A stretch of DNA of 64,000 nt. Origin: Phoronis australis (lineage: Eukaryota > Animalia > Phoronida). Location: contig NMRA01000846.1 of the NCBI GenBank assembly GCA_002633005.1, positions 1 through 64,000 on the forward strand. Reading direction: 5' to 3'. Of this stretch, positions 37,701 through 47,500 are shown piece by piece. Both the position numbers and the translations under genes were made by a program. Under the pieces are notes generated by a model. That model was not told the origin of the DNA and did not search any database. It worked only from the letters and a program-made list of their open reading frames with translations. Within the stretch, counting starts at the first letter, position 1. Each line of letters begins with the position of its first letter.

Positions 37701-40688
37701 TGCCGCTCATTGTCGGCAAAATTCACACAATTGTTGGCACCATTGTGGGATCGTTGCAGCATCTGAGGGAGATTGTGTCCCTGATGGAAGAGAGCAAGGT
37801 TGGTTATCAATTGCTAGATTCTGAGGGCATAATGTAAGTGAGTGATGTTTAGAAATAAAGGCCTTAAGCTCAAACGCATTGACAGAGCCGACGAAGGCTT
37901 AGAGAAAAAGTTATAGCAAATCACATATTTTTAACATAGAGCAAAATTGTGTGTTTGGAAATAATGGTAAACGATCACCATAATTTCCCTAAAAAATTGC
38001 AGTTTTTGGAAACCTGGACTGCCACAAATTCGAGGTATGTTATGCCAGGTGATATAAGGGATTTTTCGACAATTCCAATTAACTGTCGCTCAAATTTGAT
38101 ACAAAAATACCGTTAAAGGAACAGAGCGTAATTAATTCTGCCCTATTTTAAGGAATGTGAAAAGTAGGATTTATATATCTTTCTACATAACNGGTCTAGG
38201 AATCCGTGGTGTACAGTGTTGACACTTTTGCATTGGCACGTAAGATGTCGCCAGCAGCTTATCAAAAAACTAGATCATTGGAGTGATGCAGAGTCAGTTG
38301 CCATAATTCTTTCTAGGGTGGAACCGCATCACTTGTTGGACTTTTCGGTGGCATGCTCAAGCGTCCTCTGCCGCTCATTGTCGGCAAAATTCACACAATT
38401 GTTGGCACCATTGTGGGATCGTTGCGGCATCTGAGGGAGATTGTGTCCCTGATGGAAGAGAGCAAGGTTGGTTATCTGAGGGCATAATGTAAGTGAGTGA
38501 TGTTTAGAAATAAAGGCCTTAAGCTCAAACGCATTGACAGAGCCGACGAAGGCTTAGAGAAAAAGTTATAGCAAATCACATATTTTTAACATAGAGCAAA
38601 ATTGTGTGTTTGGAAATAATGGTAAGCGATCACCATAATTTCCCTAAAAAATTGCAGTTTTTGGAAACCTGGACTGCCACAAATTCGAGGTATGTTATGC
38701 CAGGTGATATAAGGGATTTTTCGACAATTCCAATTAACTGTCGCTCAAATTTGATACAAAAATACCGTTAAAGGAACAGAGCGTAATTAATTCTGCCCTA
38801 TTTTAAGGAATGTGAAAAGTAGGATTTATATATCTTTCTACATAACCGAGGCAAAATTTCTAGTCTTTAAAAGACCAAGATTCGTGAAATGGTAGCCAGG
38901 AATTACGGCAAAGCTCACGTGAAAGTACAAATGTACTTAAATAAAGTCGTGAAAATGTTAAAGGATCTTCAATTGACCTATTGCAAGCTCCGCCCCTTTG
39001 CGAAATGTCGACAAACAAACAAACAGTTTTACCCGGCAACGTGTTGTTTGTCGGGTAACATGGCGGCTTGTCAAGAATGCTGCGTTTTGATTGGTCAGTT
39101 CAGCCGTAACTCAAAACCCCAGCAATAAGTCAATTTTCCTCACGTTGGAGAATGAGGTTGTACATATCTGCTTAATGCTGCATTTTACCTCTGTTTAGCT
39201 GTCAATGTTGAATTCTTAACTGAAGCACTTTGTGGTTTAAAAAGACTACCACGCTGACCCGGTGTTAAATTATCACCCAATGAACCCGCTTCTTGAGTCA
39301 CAGGCGATGTGTATATGCATCATTTTCGAATACGCAATTGACCTATTGCAAACTCCGCCCCCTTGCTAAATGTCGACAAACAAACAATAAATTTTACACG
39401 GCAACGAGTTGTTTGTCGGGTAAATTGGCGACTTGGAAACAAAGGTATGTCAAATATGCTGCGCTGTGATTGGTCAGTTAAACAGTCACTCAAACTTCTG
39501 GCTATAGGTCAATTTCAGGGTTGGCCAACCCAATAAAATCTGAAGCATTTCCTCGAGTCGCTAATACGTTCAATGCCCGTTTTGGTAACGGAAATGGAAT
39601 CCAGTCACGTGATCGGTTTTTGAAAGTAAAAGGCCGAATCTGGTTTTTGTTTTTAGTCAGCTAAACAGGACGAATTGCAGCTTTAAGCAGTGAGTTGCGC
39701 GTTCAACTGGCGGAGGCGATAGCTCAGATGGAACTGGTGGCCACCCGGAGGGGACAGTTTCCAGTTTTTTAGTTAGACAAGTATGTGGTCGAGACATTAT
39801 GGCGTTTTCCCGTTGCTCTCAACTTATTCGATTCTATAGCCCAATAACAAGTTGGGAAGTTTACCTCTGTAGCCAACATCTTACACGACTCAACTCCATT
39901 CTGGCATTTATGGTTGGAGGACCTGCTCTCTTTTGTTCGATAATTGGTCTAATCTCCCATAAGATCGTATCTACCCAGACTGGGCTGTGTTGTTAAAAAT
40001 AAAAGTTAAGTTATAACATATTTGAACATAAACCAATAGCATTTCTGAAATCGTCGTCAATGGTGATCATCTTTAGGTTTTGAATCGCCAAAATCGCCCA
40101 ACTGCAACCGAAGTTAGACAATCTGTTCTTTCTGAATACACACTCTGTGTGACTGTGTTCACACGTGGTCTGTAATAAGCCTGGTAGATAATTGCCCTAC
40201 TGGTTGTCATAACAGACAAAAGAGTGTGCTTGGCAGTTAACAAAGAAGGTACTGAGATGTTATCACACGCTCAGAACCCCCAACGTCTGGTAAAGCCACT
40301 GAACGGGAAAACGCTGTCATGGACGCCTCCCACAGCTCGTCAAGTTTCGTGCCTCCGGACAATACAAATCAACATTGCCCTGATACCTTGCCGAGAGATG
40401 AAAATGTGTTTTCATTTTGAATTTCTAAACATTGTAATCGTCTCGTGGGAGTTTGAAATGAAATGTACGCAGATTTCGTACCACGTGATTCTATAAAAAA
40501 ATACTTTCCACTCATTCCATGTTATCTGCTTCACATTTTCTATAAACAGTTATTACTCGCCCGTTCATCTCAAGTTTCAGCATATAGCCAGAAGCCATTA
40601 CAAACTGGAAGACATAGAAGCTGTGATTACTAAGCTGCGAAAAGGCGAAATCGTCGGGCGCGCTATTTTAACTTTTCCGGACAAATAA
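25628..40688 (+). CDS. Zinc-dependent NAD-binding alcohol dehydrogenase (MDR superfamily, 6-hydroxyhexanoate dehydrogenase-like), 10 exons, 374 aa
   Basis: Exons 25628-25723, 25826-25946, 26496-26549, 26990-27125, 31259-31419, 33336-33445, 35355-35418, 36140-36258, 37649-37798, 40575-40688 total 1125 nt in frame. Motifs: GVCHTD, GHE, structural Zn CRNCPVCKSGETTLC, PCSGVTAY, Rossmann GAGGLG, VADI (Asp suggests NAD preference), C-terminal GEIVGRA. Confidence 0.95.
25826..25946 (+). CDS. ADH exon 2
   Basis: tttccag|TLYSGVCHTDIHIQDGYLDMGDGNVLDLLKSRGLNYPLVP(G)|gtaag. Confidence 0.95.
26496..26549 (+). CDS. ADH exon 3
   Basis: gacag|GHEVAGLVHSIGKEVPET|gtaag. Confidence 0.95.
26990..27125 (+). CDS. 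ADH exon 4
   Basis: ttttaag|GLKVGDRVMVYPWFGCRNCPVCKSGETTLCKDRSGRSIGQGEPG|gtaatg. Confidence 0.95.
28856..30400 (-). mobile_element. 5'-truncated, frameshifted non-LTR retrotransposon (RTE-X-like ORF2)
   Basis: RT motifs YCAFVDFNKAFD, GVRQGCVLSPWLF, LFFANDLV; YGAEIWG; C-terminal FRCSGHLLNIEKGR...EDEPHFMCRC; 3' AATAAA then (ATT)n tail at 28856-28886; several stops and frameshifts. Confidence 0.9.
31259..31419 (+). CDS. ADH exon 5
   Basis: ttttag|FSTHVSVPEAEFVVPVPDNVPMDLACMAPCSGVTAYNALMNVKGNIERMNKIK|gtaaag. Confidence 0.95.
33336..33445 (+). CDS. ADH exon 6
   Basis: tttcag|KANLLVVGAGGLGVWCIQLAKCVLPAATRVIVADIT|gtacgt. Confidence 0.95.
34056..34205 (-). mobile_element. Copy of the 4648-4768 repeat family
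   Basis: Reverse-complement similarity including the G/C tracts. Confidence 0.7.
34627..35264. mobile_element. Non-autonomous DNA transposon, about 640 bp, with about 80-bp TIRs in ADH intron 6
   Basis: atatagattatgacatggcgaagtcgttatcccccgttatctagagcccgagtgg...atcgcccgagggg is inverted at 35184-35264. Confidence 0.9.
35355..35418 (+). CDS. ADH exon 7
   Basis: ttttcag|EAKLKFALEAGADDVVCLNVK|gtgaat. Confidence 0.93.
36140..36258 (+). CDS. ADH exon 8
   Basis: gtttag|KEENERKMQEKFGAEGLEAVIDFVNNDMTVPLALDMLNH|gtaagt. Confidence 0.93.
37649..37798 (+). CDS. ADH exon 9 (copy a)
   Basis: ttctag|GGTASLVGLFGGMLKRPLPLIVGKIHTIVGTIVGSLQHLREIVSLMEESK|gttggt. Confidence 0.9.
38317..38466 (+). CDS. ADH exon 9 (copy b; probable allelic duplicate in the assembly)
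   Basis: Same 150 nt as copy a except CAG>CGG (Q>R); both splice sites intact. Confidence 0.6.
38971..39135. mobile_element. MITE with AATTGACCTAT termini (copy A)
   Basis: aattgacctattgc...gcaataagtcaatt; homologous to 39336-39514 and to the split copy 28824-30573. Confidence 0.85.
39336..39514. mobile_element. MITE with AATTGACCTAT termini (copy B)
   Basis: aattgacctat...ataggtcaatt perfect 11-bp TIR. Confidence 0.85.
40575..40688 (+). CDS. ADH exon 10 (terminal)
   Basis: caag|FQHIARSHYKLEDIEAVITKLRKGEIVGRAILTFPDK*; an alternative in-frame acceptor would start the exon at 40581. Confidence 0.9.
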   Translation, partial: FQHIARSHYKLEDIEAVITKLRKGEIVGRAILTFPDK

Positions 40689-41438
40689 AGCAAGTGTCGC
40701 AGACTCGCAGACAAGGAGATAACAAGCTTTGAGTCAGGCGTCCATCTAAGATCAGCATGGGATGTGTGCAATGAAGGCTAATGGACTGATTTACCGATTT
40801 AATGTTGTATTAGACAAGTCAGCTGGCCGTTTGCTCATTAAGAAGAAAGACAATCGCGGACCAATTGTTTCTTTATTTCAATTTATTAAACTCAAGTAAA
40901 ATTAAACCAACAACAACTACTTTTGATGTGAATTTATATCAGTATCACATTCTCGTTGGTTTTGGGCTAAACTTGGTGTACCATACGAGAAACCGTGTTT
41001 GAAGGAAGATATCGTAACAGTGTGGTATGCTCCTTCCGATTGGCTTGTTCAGGGAGAAGTGCCATCTACAGGGGAGATAAATCGCAACTCTTGGATCTTT
41101 TTGCGACACAAAGCCTACTTCACTTCTCAAATAATACAGGAAGGTCGTGTTCTATAAGTAACGCCCAAGTGAATGTAACATCTACCTAATCACTATCAAA
41201 GTGCAAAAGACACTGAAGAGTACTACTACGGAGTGTGCATATGATTAGATCGAAAAATTCTCCCGCGACACACCATTATTCAAAATGGCGCCGCGTAGCC
41301 AGCACATCGGACCTTAACTTCCTGACCTTGTGACATTTTACAAAAATCTTTCACAGAAAACGATAAACGAAATTAATATAAATTTCTGAATGCAAACAAC
41401 ATTTTCATAGAGTATGACTACATATTTTATGCGTTCTT

Positions 41439-41737
41439 CAGGGTTCTGTTTCAAGAAAAGTGACCTAAGACTTAAAACAGAAATTTGGTCTTACACTCCA
41501 CGCAATTATTTCAGAAAAATAGTTAAAACTCATTTAAGCAAACAAATGAAGTACTTGAGAATAGTACTCATAATTGTTACTTATCGAGAAGTTCTGAACA
41601 AATTACTTCCAGGGAATTATTCGATTATAATTGCAGGACTAAACTTTTATTTGGCACTTGTGAAATGGAAGCGTAGGACCACATTTCTGTTTTTTAAACT
41701 TAAACGTCTAAGTTACTTTTCATGAAACGGATCCCTG
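41439..41737. mobile_element. Harbinger-like MITE
   Basis: cagggttctgtttcaagaaaagtgac...gttacttttcatgaaacggatccctg; related termini at about 26058, 30587-30642, 49620, 50685 and 63298-63546. Confidence 0.75.
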
Positions 41738-41867
41738 TTTCTTAAATTACGAATGAATAGTCACATCCCGAATTCAAATCTTCTCTTTCATGGTGGTGGT
41801 AAATGTTCATAGCATGACTGACTTAGTTTTCAAACGGTTAGACCGATAAGCGTTTTGACTGTGAAAT

Positions 41868-42256
41868 TTGGAACGTCAGCATTTTCTTTTGAGAACGCGT
41901 GCGCTGTACTCGTTCACGCGAGTGCAATGTACGCGTGAATGCGTTCGTCGCTGATAGAATACGCAAAAATTAAGCACAATGGCGGAGTTTGTAGAAACAT
42001 AACGAGTTCTTTTACGAGCGCGTGCACTGTACTCATTCATCATGCTGAAATGTCTTGCAATCGTCGCTGTAACAACGTACACGTGAACTTAGAAGTCCTT
42101 CTCACTGCGCATGTTTATACTCAGGTGAGATTGCAATCTAGATTCTATGCTTCTTTTACTACTGTGCTACATACATAATCTGTGTTTCTAAAAGAGCAAC
42201 GATTACATGGCACGAGAGCAATCCACGCATTCTCAAAAGACCACGTCAGGTTCCAA
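41868..42256. mobile_element. MITE
   Basis: ttggaac...cttttgagaacgcgtg is inverted at cacgcattctcaaaag...gttccaa. Confidence 0.7.
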
Positions 42257-44251
42257 TGAAATCACCATTGTACTTTATCTGCAAGCGTGTGTTATCGGCG
42301 ACTTTCGGATTTACGCGTGCTGTTGCAACAGCGAAATTTAAATAACTTTAGGGTGATAGATGTCAAAATAATTCCGCAGTAAAATCATGACTTACACGGT
42401 GGTAGTGTCACGTGGAACTACGCCTGCATAGCACTGTGGGTAGAAACAGAGAGTGCTAAGGTATTTCAGGATGTGGCTATTCGATCGACGAATTCTAAAC
42501 TTTGCATCGAATTTAATGGAGTTATAATGTAACACTAAGATGCTGTAACAAAAGGTCAGGGTTACCACAACACAGAAATTGCAACCACGACTTAGGGTTA
42601 TTGTAAGACTTAAAGACTCTAACTGGGTCAGAATTTCAAGAACACTGTAAGACTGTAGCTATGGATCAAGGTCACCGTAACACAGAGACTGCAAGCAAGG
42701 GCCAGGAATGCAAGCATAGAATAGGGTTAACACCCATCACTTGATCATGGCCAGCATTTGCGAATTGGGCATGCGCGTTTTAACACCCATAAAAGCGCGC
42801 GTATTTTTAACGCACATAAAAACAAAAATAAAGTATTTCGGTTATCGTGGACTGGCAGATAAAATTTTAAGTGCTTACGAAAATAATTTCAGCAAGTTCT
42901 CTCAATGTCCACAGATGACGAGATTTGGGGATTTGTTTCATGGCAATATGTGTAGAACAATATTCTAATTATCTGCCGACGTCACGTCGTGGCATACACG
43001 GATACAGACAGTCACACTACTCAGTTTCGTCAAAAAGCAAGTAAAACATTCACTATTAGCCTATGTACATACTCGACTAGTTTCAATCCTAATGATATGC
43101 GACTCTGACATAATATGAGCTTCAATGAACGCATCATCCATTTTCTTAAATTACAAAGACTTTAAAAGCTGTGGCCGTTACCGGCGATAAAAACTAATGT
43201 AAAACTCCATTTCACATTGCTGTAATGGCGGAATCTCAATAATTCTTTATGCTTGCCCTTTGATTGACCCTCAAGGCAAAATCCTGGAACCGCGTTTGGA
43301 TATAACGAGACGAACCACCTATCGATTCGTCTCCTTATATTTTACAGTTCTGTTATTTTTTCATTCGAGTAGACCTACCAGAAAATCGGACAGACAAGTC
43401 ATTTTTAAAAACGAGAGGATACTCCACGCAAACAAATAGTTCTCTGAAATTACTGAGGACAATTCCCGATTGGAAGTGGTCCCGTTGAACGGCTTATCAG
43501 TTATAGCGCTCATTACTTTCCGCTTCGACAGAGGTCGGACGCATCCTTTGTGAAATTGTCTCTTTAAGCACGCCTGTATAAGTGACACTCGAAATAAATT
43601 CTGACTACTTACTCCTCGACTAGTTTTCAGACATTCAGCTGTGAACAGTATTACAGCACATGCATCCAAGACCGTGTAACTAGCTGTATCTCCGCCCACA
43701 GCTCTGGCCAGTCTTCGTTATTTTGTCATTCATTTTATCGAATAAATGAAGATATTTTCTACCAGTCGACAGAAAACTTCCGATCGGGCGCCACCTTGGT
43801 TTGGCAGCATTCTGCTGCTACTCATCGACCACCATTCACAGCGGCAGAAAAGGTTCAGAGACAGCGCAAAATGAAGGGGCAACCGGCCAAGGCAAGAAAA
43901 TGCCGGTGTTTCACAAAGTTTAGATCAATTAGGATGAAACTGCATCCTTGTACACAGTCTCCTCCCAAATGTTTATGGTCTACGCTTGACTGTCCAGTGT
44001 CTATATGGGCGATTTTCGTCAGTATTTTTGTAGACACGAGGACCTAGCGACCAATTTCCCGACGCTAAACTCACAAGCTTAAAAAACATCCGTTTGTATA
44101 TCCGGCTGATTTAGTGGCTATAGAACAGCCAGATAAAACGCTTTTCGGGGACACCATTCTGGTAGATGATGTTTTAAGCGTCTTCTAACGGCAAAATAAT
44201 CCGTTGTTTCGCTGGCTTTTGAGCACGTTATTGAGTCGAAAACACCGGTAG

Positions 44252-44527
44252 TTAAACTGCCTCGTCCTCGATTAAAGTTGTTGCACACTTTCGCTCATGA
44301 AAGTCATTGTTAGTTTTAGCGTTCCAATTACTGTCTCTCTTTCTTCCGTTTAACTGACTGAGCTCATTGTGCTCGGACAATGTGAGCGGGACTTGAGTGG
44401 CACTAGAACGCGCAAAACTTTGGCGCGTCGTCGCAATAGAGTACGTGGAAGCCTTCGTCCAACGGGAGTGCGAGATACTCCGAGAATCCTTCCAACGGCT
44501 GAACTTTTTCTGTATGCATGTCTGAAC
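44252..44527 (-). CDS. CRHR: CRHR-like terminal exon (helix 8 and C-tail)
   Basis: ttttag|VQTCIQKKFSRWKDSRSIS...KCATTLIEDEAV*, 276 nt. Confidence 0.92.
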   Translation of the reverse strand, partial: VQTCIQKKFSRWKDSRSISHSRWTKASTYSIATTRQSFARSSATQVPLTLSEHNELSQLNGRKRDSNWNAKTNNDFHERKCATTLIEDEAV

Positions 44528-47500
44528 CTAAAATTCACATACGTGTAGTACAATCTAGTTAGCAATTCTGACTTAACAGTAAATCCCAACTAAAAAGTTT
44601 AAATGAATTTTTGGTTAAGAGTATCAGTTTCATTAGAAACACGGCCAATTCCATCTTTGTACTTTGTCAATAGATATGTACAAGATCCGCTTCAGACAAC
44701 CATGTTAGTATCGCGAATGTTGATCTAAGTTCTTTCTGTATGAAGTAGATCAATTTGACGCATCAGCAAGTGACTTCAATGGCAACTCTTTGAAGTGTGG
44801 TAGATAACTTGCCCATGTATCAGGGAAAGTTAAACAATAGATCATATTGATATCTGCATTTCAACACCGACTTTCGCCTGGAGTAGAAATTAAACTGTGG
44901 GTTTTTTCTAATATATTCTCCATCTAAACGTTGGAAACATTTTTGCACAGAAGAAGACCAAAGTACACAATTACCCTGAAACGCAAATGTGACGTCACTG
45001 AGTCTTCGCTGCCATAATTGTGGTGTGCGTTTGTCGGTCATTGTTCGTTCTCTTGACAATGTCCGATGGCAATGACAAATTCCTAATTTGGTACCAATCA
45101 TTCCCCTAAATACTAATTCAACAAAATTGTCTTACCTCTCCATTGAAGAAACAGTAAAACATTGCCACCCACAGGCTTTGCGTCGACATGAGCACCGCGT
45201 TGGCATATCCGATGACTATTCCGGCCACTTCATCATTTCCGGGTTTCGATATGAAAAACACGTACGTGAGACCAAGGAGAGGGACGAGAATTATCGTGGC
45301 CTTCACAGCTTTCCTGAAAATGACAGAAACGTAGCTGAAATGGAGGCCAGTTTGTTACGTACTTTCTTACAAATCACAGTAGCGCAGGATGTATTTGATT
45401 CACTTCACCGTTTCTGGCTGAGACTTTGACTGGACTAGTAAGCCGGACGTCCTCTAACCGATCAGATGTCATAGCCGGTTGATTCGGTGGAACCGGTAAA
45501 ACGAATCAAAAGCACCATTGTCTTCGCAAAATTAACACGACCTCAAAATGCCAGCTTCAAGAGTGAAAATAATGAAAATTTCAAGTATGACAATAATTTG
45601 CCGAAGAAAGAGTTTCTCTCTCACCCTCCCGCCATTACCTGCTCCCCCTGTTACACCCTATTCTTCCCTCCCCATCTCCATCGCTCAATACGGAACTAGA
45701 GTCACTATTTACCTGTAATGCTGCGTTTCGTGTGTAATGGAAGATCTTAGTTTCGTAATCAGCACCCATATAATGGTCGCAACAAACACAAGATTCACCT
45801 GAAATGACCGAATTAAACGCTTATTAGCACGGCAATTTGTCGATTGATCAACAGTGTTGTAATGAACTTGCTGATAATGTAAAACTGCATACGTTTATTG
45901 CAGCACATTTTCATTATGTTTAAGAACGAAAATGAGAGCCATATCCTAATAATAACAAAATGGCACTAGAAACCGGACATGACGTGTATACTTACCAACA
46001 ACACCAATAGAGTTGGAGCGATAAGTAGCCAGTCAAGTCGTTCATCTCGTAGGTCGTGTTCCGGCATCCAACATCTTAAAAAGAAACAAGCGAACATGTC
46101 ATGTAAGTTACAGGACGTTCGCTGCTGATCGAAGGGTTGGGATTGAGCTCACCAACGCAACAAGTATCCACACGCAAAAGGCCTGGCGTGCGTTCAGTAA
46201 TTAACACTAGGACCTACGCAGGACCTAGCTAAAATCTAGCCACAGTCACGTGTTCTCATTAAAAATGCACGGGAACATCTCACGTAATCTCGCGAAGTGT
46301 TGCTTTTTAGCGAGGTCCTAGCGTTACTGAACGGGAGGCTGGCTTTGCCGCCTACAGGTGAGAATCACGTGGCATGCGACAGCAAAGTAGTCTTACAGTG
46401 ACATTAGTAGGTAATGGGTATGTTATAACCCCTGTCATTGGTTTGATTTTGGCCAGTCGTTCTTTTACGTACGCTGTGACGCCTGAAGATGACCGGAGAA
46501 ATGACCAACCGAAACATCGTTCCAAAGTCAGTGCGCAATATGTGTAGTTTTAGCCGAATGTCGACTTCATCATCTTCAGAACAAAGTTTAGTTTAAGATT
46601 TCTTCATTTTCTCTTTTCGGTTTCTCATCACTGCAAAATGTTTCGTGACAGTGAAATCTTGAGAACTCTTTCCAAAAGTCCAGTGGGTGGTCTAATACCT
46701 GGCTCACATGCTGGCTAAAACGCTGGCGTTTTCGCCGCATTTTTGGTAGCAGGAAAAAGGCTGGTAATGAATGTTAACGGTCGCAAGGACCATTTTGCTG
46801 GACGTTTGGGTTACCCCAAAAATGATGATGCTTCCGGTAGCACTTTTATAGCCAGACCGCTTATTTCAACGGAGTCACATGCGCAGGGATACGAGACCTT
46901 TGTTTTATCGTTGCTATGACATAGACCTGAACGTGTTTTGAAATCAGTTTTCGCTAAAAAAGATTTGGGTGCTGGTGAAAATGACTCCTTCGCGAACAAC
47001 TCGTCTGTATGGCTAAAACGCTAGAGTTTTCGCTGTCATTATAGCCAGTGAAATCGCTAGCATTTTCGCCACTCATGTAAACCTAGTAGAAGATAACAAG
47101 ACTTTATCGATGGGCAATAACGTTTGCTACCGGCGCGTTTTCTTTGGTAGTGTTGCCTAAGGGAATAATCCTCCACACAACACCAGTCACATACACGTAA
47201 AGGTGTAACAGCACTTCAGAACTTTCATTATTACAAACCTTTTTTTCGCACTAAACCCGAGTCAGATTGTACTTGGGTGATCTGTCTATGAAACCTTACG
47301 ATGCCGGGCGTCCACCACAGTCCACCAAGCAACAAGGTGTTTTAGAAATTTTGTCGAGGAATGAACTTCACGAAGTGTTAAACGACGTACTTTGTTTATA
47401 CACCACTTACTCGTTGTTGTTCAGCTGAGTCTTAAGAATAATCCAAATGATGACAAATGGCACCGGCAGAACTGAAAATGGAAAATAGTTTTAAATTCAA

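Larger units (their letters stand above)
37524..38846. repeat. Near-identical direct duplication of about 660 bp joined by a single N (38192)
   Basis: 37524-38191 vs 38193-38846 differ by a few SNPs and one indel of about 13 nt. Confidence 0.95.

Noticed and set aside
39712-39745. A-box-like gatagctcagatgg
   Set aside because: No B box or cloverleaf follows.
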